Below are positions 19,145 through 30,267 of a stretch of DNA of 64,000 nucleotides, piece by piece (within the stretch, counting starts at the first letter, position 1; every line of letters starts with the position of its first letter). Location of the stretch: the NCBI GenBank assembly GCA_029248185.1, contig JAQWJV010000046.1, positions 34,912-98,911 of the forward strand. Reading direction: 5' to 3'. A program made the translations under genes and the position numbers. The notes beneath the pieces are model-generated. The model made no database searches and was not told the DNA's origin. It saw nothing but the letters and a program-made list of their open reading frames with translations. The DNA comes from Flavobacteriaceae bacterium. Its GTDB lineage: Bacteria > Bacteroidota > Bacteroidia > Flavobacteriales > Flavobacteriaceae.

Positions 19145-21160
19145 TCAAGTCAGACCGGCTCTGCGGAGTAAAGCGGCAGGGTCGGGTTCTTTTCCTCGAA
19201 AGCGTTTGTATAAATCCATAGGGTGTTCAGTCCCCCCTTTTGAAAGGATATTTTCCATGAAAGAATTGGCGGTCTCTGGATCAAAAATCCCTTTTTCTAG
19301 AAACAATTCAAAAGCATCTGCATCTAAAACTTCAGCCCACTTATAACTGTAATAACCCGCAGCATACCCCCCTTGAAAAATATGTGAAAACGAAGTACTC
19401 ATACAATTTTCTGGAGTGTCAGGAGTAAATTGTAATGCACTTATCTGCTTTTTTTCATGAGCTTTTACTTCCTTGATCAAATGGGCATCTTTATCGTGAA
19501 ATGAAAGATCCAAATACCCAAAACTCAACTGTCTGAGGGTTTGTAGTCCTTGTTGAAAATGAGCAGCTTTTTTAATTTTTTCAATATATCCCTGTGGTAT
19601 AATTTCATCGGTTTCATAATGCTTTGCAAAGAGTGCCAAGGCTTGGGGTTCATAGCACCAGTTTTCCATAATTTGGCTTGGAAGTTCTACAAAATCCCAA
19701 TACACATTCGTTCCGCTCAAGCCACTATAATTAGTGTTTGCCAATATTCCATGAAGGGCGTGTCCAAATTCATGAAATAAGGTGGTGACCTCTTGGAATG
19801 TCAACAGCGAAGGTTGTGTTTTTGTTGGACGTGAAAAATTACAAACAATAGAAACATGTGGACGTTGCCCTTTTTTTTGCGAACGATAACTGGTCATCCA
19901 AGCACCGTTTCTTTTTCCGGGACGCGGAAAAAAATCAGTGTAGAGTAGGGCAAAAAATTGATTGTCTTTTTTGACTTCATATACGACTACCTCTTCCTGA
20001 TAAGTGTCTATTTCTATAGTTTTATGAAAACGTAAACCATAAAGTTTTTCTACAATTTCAAACAATCCATTTAACACTTTATCTAATGGAAAATAAGGTT
20101 TTAGTTCTTGTTCATTCAAATCAAATTCTACTTGTTTTAACTTTTCAGCAACAAAAGCAGTATCCCATTTTTCAAGTCTTGTTAGTTTTAAATTTTCCGC
20201 AGCAAATGCCTCCATAGCACTCCATTCTTTTTTTGCAGCAGGATGTGCTTTTTCACTCAAATCATTTAAGAATGATTTTACATTTTTTTCTGATTGTGCC
20301 ATCCGTTCCTCCAACACAAAAGCAACATGTGATTCATAACCGAGAAGTTGTGCTCTTTCTTTTCGAAGCTTAATGATTTTTAAAATGACTTCTGTATTAT
20401 TCCGATCATTGTCTTGAAACCCTCTTTTTCCAGAAGCAAGACTCAGTTTTTTTCTTAACTCTCTCTGTTCGGAATAGGTCATAAAAGGAACATAGCTAGG
20501 ATAATCCAAGGTGAAAATCCATCCACTCATTTCTTTTTGATCTGCCATTTGTTTTGCCATCTCAATACTATTTGCAGGGAGCCCTTTAAGTTCTTCTTCT
20601 TTTTCAATGTGAAGATGGTAGGCTTGAGTATCTGACAAAACATGTTCTCCAAAACTGAGACTCAATTGAGCAAGTTCAGTATCGATCACTCTTAGCTTTT
20701 CTTTTGCCGCTGGATCTAATAAACCTCCATTACGAACAAACCCCTTATACTCTTTTTCGAGTAAGGTGAGTTGCTCTGCGTCAAGTTTTTCACGATATTC
20801 TTTTTCATAAACATATTGAATACGTTGAAAAAGGGTTTCGTTTAAGCGAATGTCATTTTGAAATGTAGTCAATAGGGGAGCAGCTTCCTGAGCTACTTTT
20901 TGAAGCGCATCGCTTGTTTCTGCACTGTTTAAGTTGAACAGTAGTGAGCTGTTTCTGCCTATTAGACGCCCACAGTTTTCAAGTGCTTCCAGCGTATTTT
21001 CAAAACTGGGAGTTTCTGTGTTTTGAACAATGGTGTCAATTTCTTTTAGTGCGATTTCTATGCCGTGTTTAAGCCCTGGAATGAAATGTTCTGTCTTGAT
21101 TTTTGAAAACGGGGCCGCTTCAAAAGGGGTGTTGAAGTGTGATAAAAGAGGATTATTCAA
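19145..21160 (-). CDS. dcp: M3 family metallopeptidase (peptidyl-dipeptidase Dcp-like)
   Basis: Zincin motif FHEFGHALHG in a 671-aa protein of M3 layout. Confidence 0.85.
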   Translation of the reverse strand: MNNPLLSHFNTPFEAAPFSKIKTEHFIPGLKHGIEIALKEIDTIVQNTETPSFENTLEALENCGRLIGRNSSLLFNLNSAETSDALQKVAQEAAPLLTTFQNDIRLNETLFQRIQYVYEKEYREKLDAEQLTLLEKEYKGFVRNGGLLDPAAKEKLRVIDTELAQLSLSFGEHVLSDTQAYHLHIEKEEELKGLPANSIEMAKQMADQKEMSGWIFTLDYPSYVPFMTYSEQRELRKKLSLASGKRGFQDNDRNNTEVILKIIKLRKERAQLLGYESHVAFVLEERMAQSEKNVKSFLNDLSEKAHPAAKKEWSAMEAFAAENLKLTRLEKWDTAFVAEKLKQVEFDLNEQELKPYFPLDKVLNGLFEIVEKLYGLRFHKTIEIDTYQEEVVVYEVKKDNQFFALLYTDFFPRPGKRNGAWMTSYRSQKKGQRPHVSIVCNFSRPTKTQPSLLTFQEVTTLFHEFGHALHGILANTNYSGLSGTNVYWDFVELPSQIMENWCYEPQALALFAKHYETDEIIPQGYIEKIKKAAHFQQGLQTLRQLSFGYLDLSFHDKDAHLIKEVKAHEKKQISALQFTPDTPENCMSTSFSHIFQGGYAAGYYSYKWAEVLDADAFELFLEKGIFDPETANSFMENILSKGGTEHPMDLYKRFRGKEPDPAALLRRAGLT

Positions 21161-21164
21161 GATT

Positions 21165-21650
21165 TTATTTTTTTAAATTTTGACTACTTTGAATTACTTT
21201 CTCTTTTAAGTTTTCTTTGAAAGAAATCATTTGTTCTTGTATTTTTTCATCAAAACTTCCAATAATTTGAGCCGCTAAAATTCCTGCGTTTTTGGCTCCA
21301 TTAAGTGCAACTGTTGCAACTGGAACTCCTCCTGGCATTTGAAGAATTGATAAAACGCTATCCCATCCATCTATGGAGTTGCTCGATTTGATGGGAACAC
21401 CAATGACGGGCAATGGTGTTAAGGAAGCAATCATTCCAGGTAAATGGGCGGCTCCACCCGCTCCTGCAATAATGACTTTAAGACCACGTTTGTGTGCTTC
21501 GGCCCCATAGGACATCATTTTTTCTGGGGTTCGGTGGGCAGAAACAATGTCCACTTCTATTTCAATATTAAATTCTTTAAGAATCTCTATTGCTTCTTCC
21601 ATGATGTGGAAATCAGATTGACTCCCCATTATAATTCCTACTTGTGCCAT
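21165..21650 (-). CDS. purE: 5-(carboxyamino)imidazole ribonucleotide mutase
   Basis: MGSQSD and [11 protein letters not shown] motifs. Confidence 0.95.
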   Translation of the reverse strand: MAQVGIIMGSQSDFHIMEEAIEILKEFNIEIEVDIVSAHRTPEKMMSYGAEAHKRGLKVIIAGAGGAAHLPGMIASLTPLPVIGVPIKSSNSIDGWDSVLSILQMPGGVPVATVALNGAKNAGILAAQIIGSFDEKIQEQMISFKENLKEKVIQSSQNLKK

Positions 21651-21651
21651 A

Positions 21652-22806
21652 TCATTTTGTAATTACTTCAATTGTTTCTTTAACGTGTTCTGCAATTTCA
21701 CGCGCTGTATCCAGATTCTTATTTACGATGGTAATATGTCCCATCTTTCGAAAAGGACGGGTTTCTTTTTTGCCATAAATATGAGGATTTACTCCTTCTA
21801 TTGCTAAAATATCTTCTAAATTTTTATAGTGTACGGGTCCCTTGTGACCTTCTTTTCCCACAAGATTTACCATAACACCCGCAACTTTATTTTCAGTATT
21901 TCCCAGTGGAAGATCTAGAATCGCACGTATGTGTTGTTCGAATTGTGAAGTGTAAGACGCCTCAATACTATAGTGACCACTATTGTGAGGTCGAGGAGCA
22001 ACTTCATTGACTATCAATTCTCCTTCTTGGGTTAAAAATAATTCTACGGCGAGGAGTCCAACATGTTTATATGATTGCGAGACAAGCAAGGCCAAATCTG
22101 TTGCTTTTTTCTCTAGTGTTTTAGAAATCCGTGCGGGACTCAATACATATTCCACTTGATTAGCGGTTGGATGAAACTCCATTTCAACGCAAGGATAACA
22201 TACAGACTCTCCCTTGGGACTTCTGCATACAATAACCCCCAATTCTTTGTCGATGGCAACTAAATCCTCTGCCATACAGGCTCCTTTACTAACACTTTCC
22301 AAATCCGAAATAGATCGAACAATTTGTACACCATAGCCGTCATATCCCATCGCTTCTGATTTCCAAACAAAAGGAAAGGAAACAGCTCCTTTACCTACAG
22401 CATCTTTGAGGGCATCTTTAGAGTCAAAAAGTTCAAAGGCTGCGGTAGGAATATGGTTAGATTTATAAAATTGTTTTTGTTTACATTTATTTTGGATGGT
22501 CTTCAAAACACTTGCTTGAGGATAAACTTTAACTCCTTTTTCCTCCAGAGCAGCGAGAGCATCGGTATTAACATTTTCAATCTCTATAGTGAGGACATCA
22601 ACATTTTTTCCAAATTCCATGACCTTGTCATAATCCATTAGGTCACCAACAACAAATGTATTGCAAGCAATACGCCCCGGAGCCTTATCGCTAGGATCCA
22701 TAACTTTTGTCGTGATGTCCCATTGACGGGTTGTTGTGAGGAGCATTTTGCCTAATTGACCGCCACCTAAAATTCCAATTGTTTGTGAACCGGAGAAAAA
22801 TCTCAT
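21652..22806 (-). CDS. purK: 5-(carboxyamino)imidazole ribonucleotide synthase
   Basis: ATP-grasp protein with N-terminal [10 protein letters not shown], directly upstream of purE. Confidence 0.9.
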   Translation of the reverse strand: MRFFSGSQTIGILGGGQLGKMLLTTTRQWDITTKVMDPSDKAPGRIACNTFVVGDLMDYDKVMEFGKNVDVLTIEIENVNTDALAALEEKGVKVYPQASVLKTIQNKCKQKQFYKSNHIPTAAFELFDSKDALKDAVGKGAVSFPFVWKSEAMGYDGYGVQIVRSISDLESVSKGACMAEDLVAIDKELGVIVCRSPKGESVCYPCVEMEFHPTANQVEYVLSPARISKTLEKKATDLALLVSQSYKHVGLLAVELFLTQEGELIVNEVAPRPHNSGHYSIEASYTSQFEQHIRAILDLPLGNTENKVAGVMVNLVGKEGHKGPVHYKNLEDILAIEGVNPHIYGKKETRPFRKMGHITIVNKNLDTAREIAEHVKETIEVITK

Positions 22807-22869
22807 GAAAACCTTTTTGCAAAAATACGCATAAGTTTTTTGGAATGGAAAAAAGCCACTTAAAATGGA

Positions 22870-22877
22870 TATCTTTG
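22870..22877 (+). promoter_or_regulatory. Bacteroidota -7 box (TAnnTTTG) candidate for adk
   Basis: TATCTTTG lies 20 nt upstream of the adk ATG. No -33 element at a canonical spacing. Confidence 0.3.
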
Positions 22878-22896
22878 TTCAAAATTATTAAAATCC

Positions 22897-23472
22897 ATGA
22901 TCAATTTAGTTTTATTTGGAAAGCCTGGAGCAGGCAAAGGAACACAAGCCGCATTTTTAAAAACAAGCTTTAATTTAGTTCATATCTCTACCGGTGATTT
23001 GTTTCGATACAACATTAAAAATGAGACAAAACTGGGAAAATTAGCCCAATCCTACATGGATAAAGGAGATTTGGTACCTGATCAAGTAACCATTGATATG
23101 TTAGAAGCTGAAGTAGACCAAAATCCTGAGGCAGAAGGTTTTATTTTTGACGGTTTTCCAAGAACCGAAGCCCAAGCAGCGGCTTTGGATACTTTTTTGA
23201 AATCAAAAAACATGCAAATAAATGCGACAATAGCTTTAGAAGCAGAGGATGATATTTTAGTTCAACGTTTATTAGAACGAGGACAAACAAGTGGAAGAAC
23301 AGACGATCAGGACGAATCTAAAATTAGAAACCGTTTTGAGGAATACAATCAAAAAACGGCTCCTTTACGTAACTATTATCAAGGACAAAATAAATTTCAT
23401 AGTGTCAAGGGTATTGGAACTATTGAAGAAATTACTGCTCGTTTAACCGTATTAATAGAAAGTTTAAACTAG
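22897..23472 (+). CDS. adk: adenylate kinase
   Basis: P-loop GKPGAGKGTQ in a 191-aa protein. Confidence 0.95.
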   Translation: MINLVLFGKPGAGKGTQAAFLKTSFNLVHISTGDLFRYNIKNETKLGKLAQSYMDKGDLVPDQVTIDMLEAEVDQNPEAEGFIFDGFPRTEAQAAALDTFLKSKNMQINATIALEAEDDILVQRLLERGQTSGRTDDQDESKIRNRFEEYNQKTAPLRNYYQGQNKFHSVKGIGTIEEITARLTVLIESLN

Positions 23473-23475
23473 TCT

Positions 23476-24477
23476 ATGACTGAAGGAAATTTTGTTGACT
23501 ATGTCAAACTTTTTGTAAGCTCCGGGAATGGAGGAAAAGGATCTATCCATTTACATCGTGAGAAGTACATTACCAAAGGAGGTCCTGATGGGGGGGACGG
23601 AGGTCGTGGAGGTCATGTAATCTTGAGAGGAAATAAACAGCTTTGGACGCTTTACACATTTAAATTTAAAAAACATTTTTCCGCTGGACATGGTGGAGAT
23701 GGAAGTAAAAACAGAAGTAGTGGAGCGCAGGGTGAGGATATTTATATTGATGTGCCCATGGGCACAGTGGTAAGGAATACAGAAACCAATGCTCTCTTAT
23801 TTGAAATTACAGAAGACAAACAAGAAGTAATTATTCAAGAAGGAGGTTTGGGAGGTCGAGGGAATTGGCATTTTAAATCCTCTACGCGGCAGACTCCTCG
23901 CTATGCTCAACCGGGTATAGAAGGTAAAACACTTCAGATAACATTGGAATTAAAAGTTCTAGCTGATGTTGGATTGGTTGGTTTTCCTAATGCTGGTAAG
24001 TCAACCTTGCTAGCAGCGCTAACCTCTGCTAAACCTAAAATTGCAGATTATGAATTCACTACACTTAAGCCCAATTTAGGAATTGTAGAATATCGGAATT
24101 TTCAATCTTTTGTGATGGCAGATATTCCAGGAATTATTGAGGGAGCGGCAGAAGGAAAAGGATTAGGCCATTATTTCTTACGACATATTGAGCGAAATTC
24201 TATTTTGCTTTTTGTTATACCTGCTGACACCCAAAATTTACAAAAGGAGTTTGAAATCCTGCAAAAGGAGTTGCAAAAGTATAATCCTGAGCTTTTGGAT
24301 AAGCAATTTATGATTGTACTTTCTAAGGGAGACTTACTGGATGATGAATTGAAGCAAGAGTATGCTAAAGAAATGAAAGCGCTCTTTAAGAAAACACCTC
24401 ATCTCATTATTTCGAGTGCAACACAGTATCATTTAATGGAGTTGAAAGATGCCCTTTGGAAACTTTTAAATGCATAA
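23476..24477 (+). CDS. obgE: GTPase Obg/CgtA
   Basis: Gly-rich Obg fold [13 protein letters not shown]1 GFPNAGKST and G3 DIPG. Confidence 0.95.
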   Translation: MTEGNFVDYVKLFVSSGNGGKGSIHLHREKYITKGGPDGGDGGRGGHVILRGNKQLWTLYTFKFKKHFSAGHGGDGSKNRSSGAQGEDIYIDVPMGTVVRNTETNALLFEITEDKQEVIIQEGGLGGRGNWHFKSSTRQTPRYAQPGIEGKTLQITLELKVLADVGLVGFPNAGKSTLLAALTSAKPKIADYEFTTLKPNLGIVEYRNFQSFVMADIPGIIEGAAEGKGLGHYFLRHIERNSILLFVIPADTQNLQKEFEILQKELQKYNPELLDKQFMIVLSKGDLLDDELKQEYAKEMKALFKKTPHLIISSATQYHLMELKDALWKLLNA

Positions 24478-24495
24478 TAAAAATAAATTAGGAAT

Positions 24496-25860
24496 ATGAT
24501 GCAATTGCATTTTATCGCAATAGGAGGGAGTGCTATGCACAGTTTAGCTCTGGCAATGCATCGTATGGGTCATCATGTGACAGGAAGTGATGATGCTATT
24601 TTTGATCCGTCAAGAACCAAGTTAGAGCAAGCCGGTTTACTTCCAGAAACTTTTGGCTGGTATCCCGAGAAACTGAACGACATAATTGATGTTGTGATTT
24701 TAGGAATGCATGCTAAGCCAGATAATCCTGAATTGATGCAAGCCCAAGCTCTGGGATTGAAAATACAATCTTACCCTGAATTTTTAGCCGCAATGTGTCA
24801 AGAAAAGTCGACTGTAGTCATTGCTGGGAGTCATGGAAAAACAACCATAACGGCCATGGTTTTACATGTTTTAAATTATCATGAAGTTGATACTGATTTT
24901 ATGGTAGGAGCTCCTGTTCCTGCTGTTTCCGAGACACTTTCACTTTCTGATGATAACGATTTTGTCTTGTTGGAAGGTGATGAGTATTTGTCTTCTGCAA
25001 TAGACCCAAGCCCAAAATTTTTATGGTATAAACCGGAAATTGCTTTAATTAGTGGAATTGCATGGGATCATGTTAATGTTTTTCCAACTTTTGAAGATTA
25101 CGTCTCACAATTTGAAAAGTTTATTTTTTCTATGGTTGAAGGAGGAGTATTGATATATAATGAGGAAGACTTGACACTCAAGACTTTGGTTGAAAAGTCT
25201 ACTCATCCGGTAAAAAAAATACCTTATTCTACTCCCAATCATAGTATTGAAAATGGGATCACCTACTTAAAAACTTCGGAGGGAAGTTTGCCTCTAGCGG
25301 TGTTTGGAAATCATAACCTATCGAACCTAGCAGGCGCTCAATGGATTGCCCAACTTATGGGTGTTGATGCTTCTGATTTTTATGAAGCCATCCCAAGCTT
25401 TACAGGAGCAGCAAAACGTTTAGAGCTTCTTGAAAAAGGGCAGAAGTCAGTTTTATTTAAAGATTTTGCTCATGCTCCAAGTAAAGTTAAGGCCACGGCA
25501 AAAGCAGTAAAAAGTCAATTTCCAAACCATAAAATTAGGGTTTGTTTGGAGTTACACACCTATAGTAGTTTGGATGCAACTTTCATAGAACAATTTAAAG
25601 ATACTTTGATACCTGCCGATGAGGCAATAGTGTTTTATGACCCTGTGGCGTTAAAAATTAAAAACAGAGCCCCAATAGACCCAGATACCATCAAAAAGGC
25701 GTTTGACCATCCCTCGATTCAGGTGATTACAGCACCCCTCTCGTTGGAAGAGGAATTAATGTCAAAGCAATATTCAAATTGTGTTTTGGTCATGATGAGT
25801 TCCGGAAATTTTGGGGGTTTAGATTGGGAAAAATTGAAACAAACGATAAGGAAAGCTTAA
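24496..25860 (+). CDS. mpl: Mur-ligase family protein, Mpl-like (UDP-MurNAc:tripeptide ligase)
   Basis: MurC/Mpl-type N-terminus IAIGGSAMHSLA and P-loop GSHGKTT. It is a paralogue of murC at 48744. Confidence 0.7.
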   Translation: MMQLHFIAIGGSAMHSLALAMHRMGHHVTGSDDAIFDPSRTKLEQAGLLPETFGWYPEKLNDIIDVVILGMHAKPDNPELMQAQALGLKIQSYPEFLAAMCQEKSTVVIAGSHGKTTITAMVLHVLNYHEVDTDFMVGAPVPAVSETLSLSDDNDFVLLEGDEYLSSAIDPSPKFLWYKPEIALISGIAWDHVNVFPTFEDYVSQFEKFIFSMVEGGVLIYNEEDLTLKTLVEKSTHPVKKIPYSTPNHSIENGITYLKTSEGSLPLAVFGNHNLSNLAGAQWIAQLMGVDASDFYEAIPSFTGAAKRLELLEKGQKSVLFKDFAHAPSKVKATAKAVKSQFPNHKIRVCLELHTYSSLDATFIEQFKDTLIPADEAIVFYDPVALKIKNRAPIDPDTIKKAFDHPSIQVITAPLSLEEELMSKQYSNCVLVMMSSGNFGGLDWEKLKQTIRKA

Positions 25861-25937
25861 TTTTTTCAAAGGTTGACCCTCCTGTTTTTTGGGTTTTGAA
25901 ATATTTCATATTTTAGTGAAGTTGATCCTGACTTTCT

Positions 25938-26636
25938 ATGCCCCTCAAGAATACTTCATTTACCATTAAAGATTGGGATGCCTCGGACCGTCCTAGAGAA
26001 AAACTTAAGACACAAGGCGCTTCTTATTTAAGCAATGCAGAATTATTTGCTGTTTTGATTGGAAGTGGTACAGTAAATGAAAGCGCTGTAAGCTTGATGA
26101 AACGAATTTTATTGAGTGTTCAGAATGATCTCCAAAAGTTTGATCAATTAGCTTTGGAACGACTTGTGGAATTTAAAGGAATTGGAGAAGCAAAAGCAAT
26201 CAAGCTCAAGGCTGTGTTGGAGTTGTCAAAACGATTTCAAAATAAAAAGCCGAATAAAACAAAAATTTTAACCTCTAGTAAGATCGTATACGAATCTATT
26301 GTTCAACATTTGGAGGACTTGCCCCATGAGGAATTTTGGGTTTTATATTTAAATCAATCCAACCGTCTATTGGAAAAATACCGTCTAAGTAAGGGAGGGA
26401 TTACGCAAACCACTGTAGATATTCGTTTGGCATTTAAACGTGCTTTTGAAGTTGGAGCGACGGCTTTTATTCTTGTACATAATCATCCTTCAGGACGATT
26501 AACCCCCAGTAATTCTGATAAACAAATAACAAGAAAGTTTAAGTTAGCTGCAGCAAATGTTGACTTGAAGATTCTGGATCACTTAATTGTTTCAGAAAAA
26601 GGCTATTTTAGCTTCGCTGACGAAAGTATTTTATAG
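25938..26636 (+). CDS. radC: RadC-family JAB/MPN domain protein
   Basis: N-terminal DRPREKL and JAMM motif HNHPSG. Confidence 0.9.
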   Translation: MPLKNTSFTIKDWDASDRPREKLKTQGASYLSNAELFAVLIGSGTVNESAVSLMKRILLSVQNDLQKFDQLALERLVEFKGIGEAKAIKLKAVLELSKRFQNKKPNKTKILTSSKIVYESIVQHLEDLPHEEFWVLYLNQSNRLLEKYRLSKGGITQTTVDIRLAFKRAFEVGATAFILVHNHPSGRLTPSNSDKQITRKFKLAAANVDLKILDHLIVSEKGYFSFADESIL

Positions 26637-26705
26637 ATTTTTGTCTAATTCCCCCTTGATTTTGAAGCTATGGTTTAATCATATTGTCAAAGTCAAATTA
26701 GGGTA

Positions 26706-27425
26706 ATGCGATCTATTGCTAAACTAAATTTAATGATAAACCCAGAGACGATTACTGATGTTTTTTTTGATTTGGATCATACCCTCTGGGATTTTGAAAA
26801 GAATTCCGCTTTAACTTTTAATAAGGTCTTTGAAGAAATCAATTTATCGGTTTCTTTAGATGATTTTCTTGTTCATTACAACCCAATTAATCACGCCTAT
26901 TGGAAATTATACAGAGAAAATAGAATTAGCCAAGAGGAGTTGCGATATAACCGTTTATCCAAAACGTTTGAAAAACTTAAGTTTAGTATTTCTGAGACAG
27001 TACTTCAGGAGATTTCAGTGCAATACATCAACTATCTTTCTACTTTTACGCATTTATTTGAAGGAACAATTGATTTGTTAGAGTTGCTCAATAAACGATA
27101 TAGGTTACATATTATTACCAATGGATTTGATGAAGTGCAGCATTTTAAAATGAAGAATTCGGGAATTCATTCCTATTTTGAGCATATTTTTACTGCCGAT
27201 AAAGTAGGCTATAAAAAGCCACATCCCCAAATTTTTATTGAAGCTCTAAAAGTAACAGCGAGTCTTCCTGATCATTCTCTCATGATAGGGGATAGTCTCG
27301 AGGCAGATATTTTGGGAGCTTTAGCGCAGGGAATGCACGCCATTCATTTTAATTCGCACGGTGAAGAAGAACATGATCAATGTCCAATTGTTTATTCGCT
27401 TGATGAATTAAAAACGGTGTTTTAG
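26706..27425 (+). CDS. HAD-superfamily hydrolase, YjjG-like nucleotidase
   Basis: Motif I FFDLDHTLWDF and motif IV GDSLEADILGA. The real start may be the ATG at 26733 (MINPE...). Confidence 0.65.
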   Translation: MRSIAKLNLMINPETITDVFFDLDHTLWDFEKNSALTFNKVFEEINLSVSLDDFLVHYNPINHAYWKLYRENRISQEELRYNRLSKTFEKLKFSISETVLQEISVQYINYLSTFTHLFEGTIDLLELLNKRYRLHIITNGFDEVQHFKMKNSGIHSYFEHIFTADKVGYKKPHPQIFIEALKVTASLPDHSLMIGDSLEADILGALAQGMHAIHFNSHGEEEHDQCPIVYSLDELKTVF

Positions 27426-27476
27426 TTCACGAAACATGAAAAATGAATTGGCTCATGCCAACATTTATAACTATTT

Positions 27477-27812
27477 TTGAAGATGGATTTAAAAGGAGTA
27501 CAACAGGCAGTTGACACGTGGATTCAAAACCATGGAGTTCGCTATTTTAATGAGTTGACCAATATGGCTCAACTCACAGAAGAGGTGGGAGAGGTTGCTC
27601 GAATTATTGCTAGACGTTATGGAGAACAATCAGAAAAGGAGAGCGATAAAAATAAAGACTTAGGTGAGGAATTAGCCGATGTAATTTTTGTTGCCGTTTG
27701 TCTCGCGAATCAAACGGGAGTTGATTTGCAGCAGGCTTTTGAGAAGAAAATAGCTGTAAAAACGCAACGTGATCATGAGCGTCACCACAATAATCCTAAA
27801 TTAAAATCATAA
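27477..27812 (+). CDS. MazG-like nucleotide pyrophosphohydrolase
   Basis: EEVGEVARI and EELADV metal-binding helices. The start is probably ATG 27483. Confidence 0.7.
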   Translation: MKMDLKGVQQAVDTWIQNHGVRYFNELTNMAQLTEEVGEVARIIARRYGEQSEKESDKNKDLGEELADVIFVAVCLANQTGVDLQQAFEKKIAVKTQRDHERHHNNPKLKS

Positions 27813-27819
27813 TGGATTC

Positions 27820-29037
27820 ATGAACATTAAAGTTGCGCACCCTAACGGTCACTGTAAAGGATCAATAAATATTACCGGCTCCAAAAGCGAAACAAACAGA
27901 CTTCTTTTATTGCAAGCTTTATTCAAGGGTTTTGAATTGAAGAATGTTTCTAATTCTGACGATAGCCAAGTCATGCAAAAAGGATTAGAGACTTCATCCA
28001 GCGTGATCGATATTCATCACGCGGGGACTGCCATGCGTTTTTTAACTGCATATTTTTCTCACCAAGAAGGACGTTCGGTTGTACTTACGGGATCCTCCAG
28101 AATGCAAGAACGACCCATACAGATTTTAGTGGATGCCCTTCGTACTTTAGGTGCTTCTATTGACTATGAGAACAAAGAGGGATTTCCGCCTTTAAAAATC
28201 ATGGGTAAAAAACTTCAAGGAGGAAAGGTTGAATTGCCTGCGGATGTAAGTAGTCAATATATTTCTGCTTTACTTTTATTGGGACCTGTTTTGGATCAAG
28301 GTTTAGAACTACATTTGATCGGAGAAATCACATCAATCCCCTATATCAATATGACTTTGGCTTTGTTGAATTCTCTGGGGGTTGTTACTTCATTTGAGGG
28401 GCAATTCATCTATGTTTCCCCCCTAAAGGAGCCCAAAAGAATAACACAAATAGTAGAGTCTGATTGGAGTTCAGCCTCTTACTTTTTTAGTATTGCCGCA
28501 CTTTCAGAAGCTGCAGAAATTCATCTTACAAGCTATCGTCAAGAGAGTTTGCAGGGCGATTCTGTTTTAAAATCAATTTATAAGGATTTGGGAGTTTCCT
28601 CCCATTTTGAAGGCGATACTTTGGTTTTAAAAAAAGAGAACAAGATCTTGCCAGCTGGGATACAGTTAGATCTCTCTAAAGCACCCGATATAGCACAAAC
28701 CATTGCTGTAACATGCTATGGTTTGGGAATTGGTTGTGACTTAATAGGATTACATACCTTGAAAATAAAAGAAACGGATCGCTTGGAGGCTTTAAATACA
28801 GAGCTTTCAAAGTTGGGTGCTTCAGTTCGTGTTACAGAGAAGAGTTTACACCTTTCTGCGGGAATGAATTTTAAAGAGAATTGCTCCATTCCAACTTATA
28901 AGGATCATAGAATGGCGATGGCTTTTGCTCCCTTAGCATTGAAAATTCCATTACAAATTGACGAAGCTGGGGTGGTTTCAAAGTCCTATCCTGATTTTTG
29001 GGAAGACCTAAAAGCCCTAAATTTTAAAGTAAATTAG
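27820..29037 (+). CDS. aroA: 3-phosphoshikimate 1-carboxyvinyltransferase
   Basis: GSKSETNRLLLL and LKIKETDRL motifs in a 405-aa protein. Confidence 0.9.
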   Translation: MNIKVAHPNGHCKGSINITGSKSETNRLLLLQALFKGFELKNVSNSDDSQVMQKGLETSSSVIDIHHAGTAMRFLTAYFSHQEGRSVVLTGSSRMQERPIQILVDALRTLGASIDYENKEGFPPLKIMGKKLQGGKVELPADVSSQYISALLLLGPVLDQGLELHLIGEITSIPYINMTLALLNSLGVVTSFEGQFIYVSPLKEPKRITQIVESDWSSASYFFSIAALSEAAEIHLTSYRQESLQGDSVLKSIYKDLGVSSHFEGDTLVLKKENKILPAGIQLDLSKAPDIAQTIAVTCYGLGIGCDLIGLHTLKIKETDRLEALNTELSKLGASVRVTEKSLHLSAGMNFKENCSIPTYKDHRMAMAFAPLALKIPLQIDEAGVVSKSYPDFWEDLKALNFKVN

Positions 29038-29184
29038 AGATAAACTACTTTTTACTTGACATCCCCTATGTTGAGATGGTATATTTGCAGCTTGAATTTA
29101 TAAAATGAAATACATTTCTGAAATGAATCAATTCATTTTTACCTTTTAGAATTGTAAGCTATTAATTAAAAAAACCTTAATCCT

Positions 29185-30234
29185 GTGAAACTTTCTGATT
29201 TTCAATTTGAACTCCCTAGTGCTCTCTTAGCTCAAAGACCTGCAGCCGATCGCGATGAATCCCGTCTGATGGTTCTCAATCGCAAAGAGGAAACAATCGA
29301 GCATCATTCGTTTAAAGATGTCATCAATTATTTTGATGAAGGAGATGTAATGGTGTTGAATAACACTAAAGTCTTTCCTGCTCGTTTATTTGGGAACAAA
29401 GAAAAAACGGGAGCACGTATAGAAGTATTTTTATTACGCGAGTTAAATCAGGAGCAGCGTTTATGGGATGTTTTGGTCGACCCTGCACGTAAAATTAGAA
29501 TTGGAAACAAACTCTATTTTGGTGAGGATGAAAGTTTGGTGGCTGAAGTAATTGATAACACTACCTCAAGAGGAAGAACACTTCGTTTTTTATTTGATGG
29601 GAGTTATGCTGAATTCAGAACTAAACTCAAGGAATTGGGACAAACACCCCTTCCCAAATACATAAAGCGCCCTATCGAAGAAGAAGACCAAGAACGCTAT
29701 CAAACGATTTATGCAAAGCATGAAGGTGCAGTTGCAGCGCCAACAGCGGGGCTTCATTTTTCAAAACATTTATTAAAGCGCTTAGAAATTAAAGGAATCG
29801 ATTTGGCAGAGCTCACATTACATGTTGGTTTAGGGACTTTTAGTCCTGTTGAGGTGGAAGATTTGTCAAAGCATAAGATGGATTCAGAAGAACTTATTAT
29901 CGATGCAATTGCTGCTGCTAAAGTAAATAATGCTTTGGCTACCAAGAAGAGAATTTGTGCGGTAGGAACTACAGTAATGCGTGGTTTAGAAAGCTCAGTT
30001 TCTTCTTCAGGTTTGCTTAATGAATACCAAGGATGGACCCATAAATTCATTTTCCCTCCTTTTGATTTTTCTATTGCTAACTGCATGATTACGAATTTTC
30101 ATACACCAAAATCTACTTTATTGATGATGATTTCTGCATTTGCTGATCCGGACTTCATAAAAAAAGCATACAAAGTAGCAATTAAAGAGAAGTATAATTT
30201 CTATTCCTATGGGGATGCCATGCTAATTATTTAA
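29185..30234 (+). CDS. queA: S-adenosylmethionine:tRNA ribosyltransferase-isomerase
   Basis: GTG start. N-terminus [11 protein letters not shown]...RDESRLMV and [11 protein letters not shown] motif. Confidence 0.95.
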   Translation: MKLSDFQFELPSALLAQRPAADRDESRLMVLNRKEETIEHHSFKDVINYFDEGDVMVLNNTKVFPARLFGNKEKTGARIEVFLLRELNQEQRLWDVLVDPARKIRIGNKLYFGEDESLVAEVIDNTTSRGRTLRFLFDGSYAEFRTKLKELGQTPLPKYIKRPIEEEDQERYQTIYAKHEGAVAAPTAGLHFSKHLLKRLEIKGIDLAELTLHVGLGTFSPVEVEDLSKHKMDSEELIIDAIAAAKVNNALATKKRICAVGTTVMRGLESSVSSSGLLNEYQGWTHKFIFPPFDFSIANCMITNFHTPKSTLLMMISAFADPDFIKKAYKVAIKEKYNFYSYGDAMLII

Positions 30235-30244
30235 AACAAAAGAA

Positions 30245-30267
30245 AGCCGCAGGAATGCGGTTTTTTT
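30245..30267 (+). terminator. rho-independent terminator after queA
   Basis: AGCCGCA-GGAA-TGCGGTT stem (7 bp including one G-U) running into a T7 tract, 11 nt after the queA stop. Confidence 0.65.

Noticed and set aside
21160-22806. purK-purE-dcp packed with 1-4 nt gaps, as a possible unusual operon
   Set aside because: Tight packing is the norm in this genome. No functional link can be argued from the sequence.
29121-29138. AAATGAAT-CA-ATTCATTT hairpin followed by T residues, as a possible aroA terminator
   Set aside because: The stem is almost entirely A-T with a 2-nt loop, and it lies 85 nt from the aroA stop. Stability is probably negligible.
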